Source of the DNA: Candidatus Collierbacteria bacterium GW2011_GWB2_45_17
GTDB taxonomy: Bacteria; Patescibacteriota; Microgenomatia; UBA1400; MFAQ01
Direction of reading: 5' to 3'
Length of the DNA: 64,000 bases
Assembly (NCBI GenBank): GCA_001001485.1
Contig: LCKO01000004.1
Location: 4,761 to 68,760 of the forward strand
Shown here one piece after another: positions 1-8,099 of the stretch. Numbering within the stretch: the stretch's first letter is position 1; each line of letters begins with the position of its first letter. Made by a program: the position numbers and the translations under genes. The notes below the pieces were generated by a model. It was not told where the DNA came from. It ran no database searches and was given only the letters and a program-made list of their open reading frames with translations.

Positions 1-3
1 AAA

Positions 4-492
4 ATGGGAAAAAAGACTCAGGAGAAAGCAACCACTTTTAATAATGCCGTAGAGGTGGTGGAAAATAAGACCGAAAAATTAATTCGGAGATTGGTAGGCG
101 GACTGTTGGTTTTCCCCGGTGTAAGAGATAGGATTAAGACTTGGTTTAATAAGATTGATTTGCCCGGGGCTTCCGGAAAAGCTCTAAAGCTAGTGGTCGA
201 GCAAGAGGAAGCAGATCCCGGAAAAATAATAGAAAATGTTCAAGCGGAGCTGAAAGAAGTGCTTCAAGAGGCGTACATGATTGGGGGAGAAAGTGAAAAT
301 ACGACCGAGAAAGATGTGCTGGACCTGGCCATTCAGCTAATCCGTGAGGCTATCAGGGAGGAAAAAAAGAAATTGATGGCAGAGATGGAGATGGCTCGTA
401 AGGAGGGTCTGGAAACAGAGGAGGATAGTCTGTTTGCTAAGCTTAACGATCTAAACATAGAAGAGAACAAGATAGTGTCCCTTTTGGGGTAA
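4..492 (+). CDS. Hypothetical protein (possibly the C-terminal part of a gene running off the window start); charged, coiled-coil-like C-terminus
   Basis: Intact ORF ending 22 nt before rpoD; no recognisable motif. The position upstream of rpoD is where dnaG often sits, but no primase motifs are seen. Confidence 0.35.
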   Translation: MGKKTQEKATTFNNAVEVVENKTEKLIRRLVGGLLVFPGVRDRIKTWFNKIDLPGASGKALKLVVEQEEADPGKIIENVQAELKEVLQEAYMIGGESENTTEKDVLDLAIQLIREAIREEKKKLMAEMEMARKEGLETEEDSLFAKLNDLNIEENKIVSLLG

Positions 493-514
493 TTTTGAGG
501 CTTGTTGTGTTAAA

Positions 515-1633
515 ATGGGAGAGAATATTATGGCCGATAAAAAGGAAAATCTCCCCATTCAGTTAAAGATTGCCGAAATACTAGCCCTGGGAAAGGATCA
601 GGGGTTTGTAACCCAAGATGATATCCTGGAGTACTTCCCTCGGGCCGAAACCGAGGCAAATGATCTGGATTATCTTTACGAACTGCTTTTTAAAGCCGAT
701 ATTGATGTGTTTGAAAGTGTTTTGTCTGGACAAGATGCGGAAATTGCCGCGGCGGCCAGTGAGCTAGAAAAAGAGCTGGAGTCGCTCTCAAAACTGGAAG
801 ACACCGAGGTAAATGATCCGGTGAGAATGTACCTAAAGGAAATTGGAAGAATTCCTCTTTTAAAACGAGAAGAAGAAATCTCTTTGGCTCAGAAGGTGGA
901 GCGGGGAGACAAAAGGGCAAAAGACATGCTGACAAAATCCAATTTGAGGTTAGTAGTCTCGATTGCCAAAAAATACATGGGTCGGGGGATGAGTTTTTTG
1001 GATTTGATTCAGGAGGGTAACAAAGGTTTGATTCGGGCGGTGGAAAAGTATGATTGGACAAAGGGGTATAAATTTTCAACTTACGCTACCTGGTGGATTC
1101 GTCAGGCCATTACCCGGGCGATTGCTGACCAAGCCAGAACAATTCGGATTCCGGTCCACATGGTGGAGACGATCAACAAACTTATTAGAACACAAAGAAA
1201 ATTGATGCAAGACCTTGGTCGCGAGCCGACCGATGATGAAGTGGCCTCGGAGCTGGAAACGACTCCGGAGAAAGTTCGAGAGATCTTGAAGATAGCCCAA
1301 AAAACGACCTCGCTGGAAACTCCAATAGGAGACGATGAAGATTCACTTCTGGGTGACTTTATTCCTGATGAGAGACAGGCGACACCGTACGAGGCCACGT
1401 CCAGACAGCTAATGCATGAGAATTTGGAAGAGGCGCTGGGGTCACTGACGGAGCGAGAAAGTAAGGTGCTGAGAATGAGATTTGGACTGGCTGGAGATAA
1501 ACCACTAACCTTGGAAGAGGTGGGCAAGGTGTTCGGTGTCACTCGCGAAAGAATCAGACAGATAGAGAGCAAGGCCCTGCGGAAACTTCGTCACCCAAGC
1601 AGAAGAAGAAAACTACAGGATTATTTGGAGTAA
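515..1633 (+). CDS. rpoD: RNA polymerase sigma-70 factor RpoD
   Basis: Sigma70 region 2 ([61 protein letters not shown]), region 3 and region 4 ([31 protein letters not shown]). Confidence 0.95.
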   Translation: MGENIMADKKENLPIQLKIAEILALGKDQGFVTQDDILEYFPRAETEANDLDYLYELLFKADIDVFESVLSGQDAEIAAAASELEKELESLSKLEDTEVNDPVRMYLKEIGRIPLLKREEEISLAQKVERGDKRAKDMLTKSNLRLVVSIAKKYMGRGMSFLDLIQEGNKGLIRAVEKYDWTKGYKFSTYATWWIRQAITRAIADQARTIRIPVHMVETINKLIRTQRKLMQDLGREPTDDEVASELETTPEKVREILKIAQKTTSLETPIGDDEDSLLGDFIPDERQATPYEATSRQLMHENLEEALGSLTERESKVLRMRFGLAGDKPLTLEEVGKVFGVTRERIRQIESKALRKLRHPSRRRKLQDYLE

Positions 1634-1668
1634 AAACTCAAAAAATCAAAAACTCTAAACTAGAAGCC
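1633..1668. repeat. Degenerate copy of the 8-bp-period A-rich tandem repeat (aaaactcaa aaaatcaa aaactcta aactagaa) just after the rpoD stop
   Basis: Period-8 units RAAHTCWA, same family as the in-frame copies at 27462, 29342, 29603, 58306 and 60931. Confidence 0.6.
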
Positions 1669-1670
1669 TA

Positions 1671-2270
1671 TTAAATCTTTAGCTTCGGTTTTCCAGGAAC
1701 GACATGATGGTTCGGGCAACGAGCCTGATACTCTTGTTCCGCTCCAATTAGAACGATTGGATCATGGTAGTTGGCCGGTTGACCATTAATAAATCGTTGG
1801 GTTTTGGTGGCATCTTTGCCACAGGTTTTTCCATTCTCCCTGTATTTACAGATGGCCGAAGGACGATCTATTTCATCACACAAAGCGAGGAGCTGAGGCA
1901 TTGAGCCGAAAGGTTCACCACGAAAATCGAGAGATAAGCCGGCAAAGATTACTCGAATGTCTTGTCCGAGCAAAAACTCGACCACATTCACAATTTCTTG
2001 GTCAAAAAATTGAATTTCATCGATGGCGACAAGAGAGGTGTCTGTTTGAAGTAAAGGAATGATATCAACAGCGTTTTGAACCGCAGTGGCTGGATAGCTA
2101 CCCCCCGAGTGAGAACGAATTTCATCGATAGCGTTCCAGCGATCATCTTGAGCTGGCTTGAAGGCTTGAATTTTATTACCCCCATATTTTGCACGAGAGA
2201 TTTCTTTGAGAAGGATGTCGGTTTTGCCGGCGAACATAGAGCCGGCGATGCCTTTGAGTCTTTCGGTCAT
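1671..2270 (-). CDS. tdk: Thymidine kinase
   Basis: P-loop GSMFAGKT, VAIDEIQFF, C-terminal zinc-binding Cys pairs; good alignment to E. coli Tdk. Start taken at MTERLKG (ATG 2270); the ORF-track start at 2297 is likely a 5' over-extension. Confidence 0.9.
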   Translation of the reverse strand: MTERLKGIAGSMFAGKTDILLKEISRAKYGGNKIQAFKPAQDDRWNAIDEIRSHSGGSYPATAVQNAVDIIPLLQTDTSLVAIDEIQFFDQEIVNVVEFLLGQDIRVIFAGLSLDFRGEPFGSMPQLLALCDEIDRPSAICKYRENGKTCGKDATKTQRFINGQPANYHDPIVLIGAEQEYQARCPNHHVVPGKPKLKI

Positions 2271-2335
2271 ACAAAAATGATTATGACGGAACAACAAAAT
2301 TTGACAAGGGGAAACGGAGAGGAATATGATGAAGT

Positions 2336-2662
2336 ATGTTAGCCAATTTGATAATCAACGCTCTAGGCTTTTATGTGACTGCCTATATTGTTCCCGGGGT
2401 AAAGATAGAGAACTTCCAATCTTTAGCGGTGGTGGCAATTATCTGGGGAGTTTTGTCCATTATATTGCGACCGATATTGATAATTCTCACCTTGCCGGTG
2501 AACATTATGACCCTCGGACTTTTTACTTTTGCGATCAACGCGTTTTTGATTATGCTAACCAGTAGTATTGTGCCCGGCTTTAAAGTAGACGGCTTTGGGA
2601 CCGCGTTACTGGCCGCAGTAGTGCTTTCTATACTGAATGTAGTTTTGGGTGGACTGAGATAA
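2336..2662 (+). CDS. Phage holin family 4 / DUF360-like small membrane protein
   Basis: About 108 aa with 3-4 TM helices; pattern LIINALGFYVTAYIVPGVKIENFQSLAVVAIIWGVLSIILRPILIILTLPVNIMTLGLF matches the DUF360 (Phage_holin_4_2) family. Confidence 0.65.
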   Translation: MLANLIINALGFYVTAYIVPGVKIENFQSLAVVAIIWGVLSIILRPILIILTLPVNIMTLGLFTFAINAFLIMLTSSIVPGFKVDGFGTALLAAVVLSILNVVLGGLR

Positions 2663-2667
2663 ACTTT

Positions 2668-3138
2668 TTACTCTACGGTGACAAGACCGAAATGACCGGC
2701 GTTGAGATGGTTGTGGTATTTGTAAGTTCCGGGTTTGGGGAAGGAAAAAGATTTGGATTCGTTGGTCTTAGCAAGACCCAGATTAAGGGCCGGATAGTCA
2801 GTATGAGCCGGGTGAGGACTACTGGCAACGTCCATTTTAGCCTCGCCTTGGTTGATCCAGATAACGGTATCGCCGGCTTTGATAATTAAATTTTGGGGTT
2901 TGAAACCATTGGCGTCGTATGTCACAGTAAAATTATCTGTTATCAAGGCAGGGGGAGTGACTATCGTAGTAGGAGTTGGAGAAATAAAGGGATAAGTATT
3001 AAGCTCGGGAGCGTAAACGCTTCCGTTTTTAAAAAAGACATAATAAACAGCTATATACGCAAGGCCGCCGATAAGAAGGTAGATAACAACCCATCGCCAC
3101 ATAGGGTGCTTACCATAACCTGTTTTTGAATCATCCAT
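2668..3138 (-). CDS. Membrane-anchored cupredoxin-like (EfeO-type) domain protein
   Basis: N-terminal TM helix. C-terminal beta-rich domain with His-rich motifs (SSPHPAHTDYP, TYKYHNHLNAGHFG) resembles Cys-less cupredoxin-like domains; weak. Confidence 0.45.
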   Translation of the reverse strand: MDDSKTGYGKHPMWRWVVIYLLIGGLAYIAVYYVFFKNGSVYAPELNTYPFISPTPTTIVTPPALITDNFTVTYDANGFKPQNLIIKAGDTVIWINQGEAKMDVASSPHPAHTDYPALNLGLAKTNESKSFSFPKPGTYKYHNHLNAGHFGLVTVE

Positions 3139-3301
3139 GATTCAGTTTATATAATTTTGAGTCTAATTGTCAAATTTCTTGCTTCGGATGGCTAGTTTTG
3201 GTAAAATGAGCACGTCCGTTAATATTCCCCTGCCCGCCTCGCGGCGGATAAATAGCCCAGAAGGTAGACCTGCCTGCCGTGAGGCAGGACGCCTCCAATA
3301 T

Positions 3302-3547
3302 ATGACTTGGTATGCTTATGTGTTATTAAGTTTAAAGAATGGTAATCTCTACAAGGGGATTACGAATGATTTGGAGAGAAGGATTTCGGAGCACAATTTG
3401 GGGAAAAATCGATCAACCAAAATAAATGCACCTTGGAAAATTGTATATTTTGAAAAATTTATGACTCGAGATGAGGCAAGAAACAGGGAAAAGTTTCTCA
3501 AGTCAGGCAAGGGTCGTGAATTTTTAAAATTTATTATTCCCCTGTAG
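3302..3547 (+). CDS. GIY-YIG nuclease family protein (small stand-alone GIY-YIG domain)
   Basis: YAYVLLSLKNGNLYKGITNDLERRISEHNLGKNRSTKINAPWKIVYFEKFMTRDEARNREKFLKS: GIY...YIG, R, E and N catalytic pattern. Start at ATG 3302; the ORF-track start 3167 is an over-extension. Its stop codon lies inside the 5' acceptor stem of the following tRNA. Confidence 0.75.
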   Translation: MTWYAYVLLSLKNGNLYKGITNDLERRISEHNLGKNRSTKINAPWKIVYFEKFMTRDEARNREKFLKSGKGREFLKFIIPL

Positions 3548-3609
3548 CTCAACGGTAGAGCAACATCCTGTTAAGATGAAGGTTCGTGGTTCGAATCCAC
3601 GCGGGGGAG
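3538..3609 (+). tRNA. tRNA-Asn (anticodon GUU), CCA not encoded
   Basis: Hand-folded cloverleaf: acceptor TCCCCTG/CGGGGGA, D-arm GCTC-AACGGTA-GAGC, anticodon loop CTGTTAA (GTT), T-arm CGTGG-TTCGAAT-CCACG, discriminator G. Confidence 0.85.
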
Positions 3610-3684
3610 CTAAAAGGCCTTAATCTGACCAAAAATGCAGTTATTATGGTAATTAAACAAATGTTAGTCATATTGGTAAACGGA

Positions 3685-4410
3685 ATGAAAAAGATGGTGG
3701 TGATTGTTCTAGTTGTACTACTTTTTCTTGCTTCACCAAATAATGTTAGCGCCAATGGTGGTGTTGTAGTAGAGCCTTCCCAGAATGAAATTGAAAAATT
3801 GAACAATAAAATTGATGCATTAATTTTGAGCAATAATGCTAATGGAATTTCGGGAAATATAATTGGTTTAGCTAATACTCAAATGCAATTTTTAACGTTT
3901 ATCCTTGCTGTGGTTGGTATAGGGATTCCTGTTTTTGCGTTCTTTTTTAGAAAAGAGATTCAAATAATAAAAGATAGAGCAATGTTGAGTGTAGTGAACA
4001 TGGAAAATGAGGTTAAAAAAATAAAGTTATCTGAGAAGGACATCGCCAAAAGAAAAAATGATATTGATAGACTTTATAGTGATTTTGAAAAGAGATTAAC
4101 GGATATTGACGAAAAAATGAAAAAACTGAAATCCACAGAGGGGGGGCCAAAAGAAAAGAATAGATTAGCAGAATTAGAGCAAGAGATAATGGGATTAAAG
4201 AGGAAGCTTTCTCAGGGCATTCAGCCTTATACTTTGAACGTTTCAAGTTATCCAGGCACCGCTAGTGGATATGTTGGACCTCTATCTACTACAACATCCA
4301 CATCAATGGGTAGTTTTGGTGCAATAAGTCCAAGTTCTGCTACAACAACTACGGTTGAGCCCTTTTATCCCAGCCCCTCTGCATCACCATCCCCTGAACC
4401 AGAAGATTAG
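3685..4410 (+). CDS. Secreted/membrane hypothetical protein: signal peptide, one internal TM helix, coiled coil, Ser/Thr/Pro-rich C-terminal tail
   Basis: MKKMVVIVLVVLLFLASPNNVSA signal-like N-terminus; second hydrophobic helix FLTFILAVVGIGIPVFAFFF; K/E-rich heptads; C-terminal STTTSTSMGS...PSPSASPSPEPED. Start at 3685; the ORF-track start 3586 lies inside the tRNA. Confidence 0.5.
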   Translation: MKKMVVIVLVVLLFLASPNNVSANGGVVVEPSQNEIEKLNNKIDALILSNNANGISGNIIGLANTQMQFLTFILAVVGIGIPVFAFFFRKEIQIIKDRAMLSVVNMENEVKKIKLSEKDIAKRKNDIDRLYSDFEKRLTDIDEKMKKLKSTEGGPKEKNRLAELEQEIMGLKRKLSQGIQPYTLNVSSYPGTASGYVGPLSTTTSTSMGSFGAISPSSATTTTVEPFYPSPSASPSPEPED

Positions 4411-4489
4411 TTCACCTTGAGGGAAAATGAACACAACTTAATTGTTTGATTTCCTTTAGTCTTTCTCTCACTTGTTTTACCCACACAGG

Positions 4490-4556
4490 ATTTTGAAAAA
4501 CCTTGATAACTTGTGACAAACTTTCGGCCAGAGCAAAACTAGGGACTGGGAACCAG
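4490..4556. repeat. Copy A of a roughly 65-bp imperfect direct repeat; copy B is at 6852..6918
   Basis: Roughly 75-80% identity, with the shared core ttcggYcagagcaaaactagggacWgggaRc. Reverse-strand translations are conserved at protein level (PVPSFALAESLSQVIKVFQNPVWV vs PVPSFALTEAIERCIKAFQNPIWS). Confidence 0.7.
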
Positions 4557-4610
4557 ATGATACCTAATATGTCTATGGTGTAATATTGTTTAGATGCGGA
4601 TAAATCGTAA

Positions 4611-4988
4611 ATGAATACTAACGAAAAAGAAAAAAGGTGCTTAAATGGTCAGAAGATAAGAAATTTTTTAAGAAAATATAGGTTTATTGCCATTGTATTA
4701 GGGTGGGCTCTTTCCATGGGGGCGGGGTATGTCTTTATTGAAGTATTCACGGTGAGCGATGTTGTGGGTACAACCTTTTCTTGGATTACATTTATATTGT
4801 ATTTTATATGGATATCAAACGGTATCGGCGGATTAAAGAAAATTCTTGGTCTGACCGTAAGCGTAACAAAATGGTTATTAGCGATCTCTATTGTTTTTTT
4901 GGTTATTAGTTTGGCTGTTGGATGGGTAAATACTATATCCCCAACCACTATTATTATTATTCTATTATTACTAATATTAGCCCGATAA
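4611..4988 (+). CDS. Hypothetical integral membrane protein (4 predicted TM helices)
   Basis: Hydrophobic segments FIAIVLGWALSMGAGYVFIEVF, FSWITFILYFIWISNGIGG, LLAISIVFLVISLAVGWV, IIIILLLLILA; AT-rich codon usage. Confidence 0.4.
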   Translation: MNTNEKEKRCLNGQKIRNFLRKYRFIAIVLGWALSMGAGYVFIEVFTVSDVVGTTFSWITFILYFIWISNGIGGLKKILGLTVSVTKWLLAISIVFLVISLAVGWVNTISPTTIIIILLLLILAR

Positions 4989-5078
4989 CGACACTTCTTG
5001 TTGGTCGTTGTTAATTGGGGTTTGAGTAAAGAGATGGGGGTCAAACGACTTAGAATGCTTGAAATAGAAAACTGAAAG

Positions 5079-5462
5079 ATGATTACATTGACGGCCAGTG
5101 AGTTTATTGCGAAGAAGAACGATGATTTTAATATGAACCATGAAGTTGGGGTCAAGGATATTGGTCGTAAGGGGCGGTACTATTATCATCGAGAGGCCTG
5201 GACTTTTAGAATACAGAGTAATTTACCCAAAAAAGTCTTTGTGATTGAGAGACTGAGGAAGGAAAGCACAGAAGGCGAGTTAACGTACGGCAATTGGAAG
5301 AAGGGAGACATTGAATACCGTATTGGCTATTACATTGTTGGAAGAATAGGCAAGGCCAGTGGAAGGTGGGTTTGGGGTCAGTTTTGTCCCTTAATTCCTT
5401 CAAATGATTTAGTAGCCTTACTTGATCAAGCCAAGAAAGAAGGCGTCATTGTTGAGTCTTGA
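5079..5462 (+). CDS. Hypothetical cytoplasmic protein
   Basis: Intact 127-aa ORF in the AT-rich island; no recognised motif. Confidence 0.35.
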   Translation: MITLTASEFIAKKNDDFNMNHEVGVKDIGRKGRYYYHREAWTFRIQSNLPKKVFVIERLRKESTEGELTYGNWKKGDIEYRIGYYIVGRIGKASGRWVWGQFCPLIPSNDLVALLDQAKKEGVIVES

Positions 5463-5712
5463 GTGTTTATATAAGAGGTGAACAAATGAAGACTCTTAAA
5501 CAGGTATCTTTACACAATCGCATTTATCGCCTGCTTTAGAGTTATTTAAAGGTTTTGTATCGCATCTTTATTGATCAGTTTTTATAGGTACTTTACTAAT
5601 CAATTAGGGGACTCTTGGCCACAGGAGATATCCTAGGTTTAGAAAGTGAAAAAGAAACACCGAGCCAATAATTACATTAACTAGAAGATTCGACTTTATA
5701 ATGTCAACCAAA

Positions 5713-6249
5713 TTACGTTTTTATTTTAAGAACTTTATGCAAAAAATCACCAGGACCGATAACTTTTAAATTACCTATTTTAATTTTTTTTAAATCTCCC
5801 ATATCTTTAGTTACCAAATAATTTGCCCCCAACATACCTGAACCATCAAACAACAAGTTGTCCGTACCCTTATTAGTTTGTACTGGTTTATCAACAAACA
5901 TTCTATTAATATAGCCTTTATCTGTAACCATTTTTATTAGTGGTCCAATATGTAAACTATCAATAATTCCTTCTTTGGCTTTGTGCTGTAACACACGATC
6001 GTATTCTTTTAATAAATCGGCGTTTATTATTAGATGAAACATATCAATTTTAAGCGCTTCAATTATTTGATATGGGGCACTATCAATAAATTTTCTTTTT
6101 GATGCTATCAAGGCAGACAACACAATACCAGTGTCTAAAACAACACGAGCTTTATTATCGTTTGGTGGTGTTGGTATGGCTTTTCTGGGAACAGTTAACG
6201 ATTTTCTTTTTAAGGCTGGCAATCTTTCTGTCGCAGGCAATCTAGGCAT
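5713..6249 (-). CDS. PIN-domain putative toxin (TIGR00305-like PIN family) with basic/Pro-rich N-terminal extension
   Basis: VVLDTGIVLSALIAS (PIN N-terminal acidic motif) and C-terminal LVTKDMGDL resemble PIN-family toxin components; N-terminal 35 aa rich in R/K/P. Confidence 0.65.
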   Translation of the reverse strand: MPRLPATERLPALKRKSLTVPRKAIPTPPNDNKARVVLDTGIVLSALIASKRKFIDSAPYQIIEALKIDMFHLIINADLLKEYDRVLQHKAKEGIIDSLHIGPLIKMVTDKGYINRMFVDKPVQTNKGTDNLLFDGSGMLGANYLVTKDMGDLKKIKIGNLKVIGPGDFLHKVLKIKT

Positions 6250-6279
6250 AAGTTTTTGTTCTAATTCGATATAAACAAG

Positions 6280-6732
6280 TTATTTTGTTTGAGTAAGCGC
6301 CGCCTCATTGTAAATAGTTACAATATTATTAATATCAATTGTCATGCTAGGGTTTTTCGTGAGTATTTCAATTACTATTTTCAAAACAGTCAGATAGATC
6401 AATATTTTGTTCGGAGAATCAGGAATCCACTTTTTAAACTTCGAAAATTGGGGAGTTTGTTTAAGCTTTGATAAATCATTCTTATTTTTATTTTTTTCTA
6501 AAGCATCAAATAAACTTTGTGCAGTTTGTAGTGGATCAGGTGAATTTTCCAGTATTTTAATTACACCGTCTATCGTACCCGTAAGATTTCCATTAGGCAC
6601 ATTTTCCATAGATCCACAGTGAGGACATTGTGACTTGTTATTTGAAAAGAAAGCTGACGAACCCACACCCAATTCAATTCCCGACGAAAAAACTCTATGA
6701 CATCGTTCACATTGCATTAAAAGTAATGGCAT
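6280..6732 (-). CDS. Zinc-ribbon protein (CxxC...CxxC) encoded immediately upstream of the PIN gene; candidate cognate antitoxin/partner
   Basis: MQCERCHRVFSSG...CPHCGS zinc ribbon at the N-terminus; same strand, 30-nt gap to the PIN gene. Confidence 0.45.
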   Translation of the reverse strand: MPLLLMQCERCHRVFSSGIELGVGSSAFFSNNKSQCPHCGSMENVPNGNLTGTIDGVIKILENSPDPLQTAQSLFDALEKNKNKNDLSKLKQTPQFSKFKKWIPDSPNKILIYLTVLKIVIEILTKNPSMTIDINNIVTIYNEAALTQTK

Positions 6733-6851
6733 ATGGTGTATTTTACTATGAACAAATTTTTTATTGATTAAAACCTAAACTGTATCCGCTCGTGTTAATA
6801 TTTTGATTTGGTTCAATCTTTGTCGTGCTTGTTCTGACCATATTGGATTCT

Positions 6852-6918
6852 GGAAAGCCTTGATACAACGTTCAATCGCTTCGGTCAGAGCAAAACTAGG
6901 GACAGGGAGCTTTGGTTT
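6852..6918. repeat. Copy B of the roughly 65-bp imperfect direct repeat (see 4490..4556)
   Basis: Aligned by eye: attctggaaagccttgatacaacgttcaatcgcttcggtcagagcaaaactagggacagggagc. Confidence 0.7.
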
Positions 6919-6923
6919 GGGAG

Positions 6924-7454
6924 TCAGATGCAATTTACTTCTCTCAGTATTTCTTTGCTTATTTCGTCAAGAGGTCTATTTGCATTGACGAAAATTGCAT
7001 TTCTTTTTTTCATTTCACCTTCCCACCAATCTTTCCATCCTAATACAACATCTCTACTTTCTTGGGTATTACCAATATCACTTGTTCCCTCTCGGTTTTT
7101 AAGTCTTTCGTTTAGGGTTTGAGAGTTAAGAAGTAGGACAAATTTCTTGTCAAAAAAAGGGAGAATATCGTTCATGTTTGATGCGATTCCACTATAGAAA
7201 GCTAAATTTGATTTTTGAGATTTTAACAGTAGTTCAAGTTTTTCGGTGTTACAAATCCATTCTGCGTTTTTAACATGTTCAGGGTTGGCATTGTCGTAAT
7301 TTTCAAAAATATTTTTGGATTCTTTGTGGTACATTTCAAACATTCCTTTGATGTTTTCAATGTCGCTGGACTCATACCCCATTTTTTTAAGATGTTTGCC
7401 CACAGATGTTTTACCTGTTCCAGATACTCCTGTTATTAAGATCCTTTCTTTCAT
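6924..7454 (-). CDS. P-loop NTPase, small nucleoside/nucleotide-kinase-like ATP-binding protein
   Basis: MKERILITGVSGTGKTSVGKHL Walker A right at the N-terminus (AAA_18/AAA_33-like kinase fold). Start taken at ATG 7454; the ORF-track start 7694 adds 80 aa of low-complexity over-extension. Confidence 0.55.
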   Translation of the reverse strand: MKERILITGVSGTGKTSVGKHLKKMGYESSDIENIKGMFEMYHKESKNIFENYDNANPEHVKNAEWICNTEKLELLLKSQKSNLAFYSGIASNMNDILPFFDKKFVLLLNSQTLNERLKNREGTSDIGNTQESRDVVLGWKDWWEGEMKKRNAIFVNANRPLDEISKEILREVNCI

Positions 7455-7470
7455 TCGAATAATTATATCA

Positions 7471-7486
7471 AGGTTCGAAAATCGAC
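7471..7486. repeat. 16-nt repeat aggttcgaaaatcgac (second copy at 11054..11069); resembles a degenerate tRNA T-arm/3' end
   Basis: Exact 16-mer shared. Compare the tRNA-Asn 3' half aaggttcgtggttcgaatccacgc. Confidence 0.5.
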
Positions 7487-7527
7487 GAACTTGACAAAGG
7501 TAGATTTTAAATATAAAAATTGAGTTA

Positions 7528-8061
7528 ATGAAAAACCAACAAGGATTTGGAATTATTATTCTACTTCTCATAGTTACCGGAATTATGGTGTTCGGTACCT
7601 TAGCTGCGGGAGCTGCGGTGCTTCTAGGAAAAGCACCTGAATGTCCCACCCAAGGATCTTCCTCGGCCAGAAGTGAAAAAGAAATAGGAGACACGTTAGA
7701 ACAAGGATCGGTAAATATTACTGACGGCGAAGCGACAACGCTGGCACAAGGGTATATTGGGGGAAAAGTTGACGAGGCACGGGTCTGTTTTACCGAGGGA
7801 CTGGGTCATGTTTCGGGTAAAATGAATCTTGGTTCAGTCAGTCCATCATTTTATGTTTCAGCAGGAGTTGATCTGTCCGGATCGGTTCCTAAAGCTACTA
7901 ATTTAAGTATTCAACTAGGTTCGCTTCCTAACATTTCTTTTATTTCCGGTTTGGCAATGGATAAAATAAATTCATTAATTTCTGAAAATTTGTCTAAGTT
8001 TGAATTAAAGCAAAAATATACGGCTTCTTTTTCAAATGGATCACTTACCATAAGTAAATAG
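7528..8061 (+). CDS. Membrane-anchored secreted hypothetical protein
   Basis: N-terminal TM/signal anchor FGIIILLLIVTGIMVFGTLAAGAAVLLG followed by a Ser/Gly-rich extracytoplasmic domain. Confidence 0.45.
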   Translation: MKNQQGFGIIILLLIVTGIMVFGTLAAGAAVLLGKAPECPTQGSSSARSEKEIGDTLEQGSVNITDGEATTLAQGYIGGKVDEARVCFTEGLGHVSGKMNLGSVSPSFYVSAGVDLSGSVPKATNLSIQLGSLPNISFISGLAMDKINSLISENLSKFELKQKYTASFSNGSLTISK

Positions 8062-8099
8062 TTACTCAATACGCCACATGTAAATGATACTATTAGACA

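Noticed and set aside
690-1572. Three minus-strand ORFs (690..1079, 1076..1300, 1102..1572) inside rpoD
   Set aside because: They are antisense to a confidently identified, conserved gene. Their compositions are low-complexity and S/P-rich, typical of spurious antisense frames.
3190-3300. Possible SRP (4.5S) RNA in the GC-rich segment upstream of the GIY-YIG gene (…cagaaggtagacctgcc…)
   Set aside because: It lacks the conserved domain IV motif GGAAGGAAGCAGC and has only loose resemblance. It is kept only as an unexplained structured region.
3167-3301. N-terminal 45 codons of ORF-track 3167..3547
   Set aside because: The GIY-YIG domain begins at the internal ATG 3302. The upstream part is a GC-rich hairpin-containing segment with no protein-like features, so it is probably leader sequence or a structured element rather than coding.
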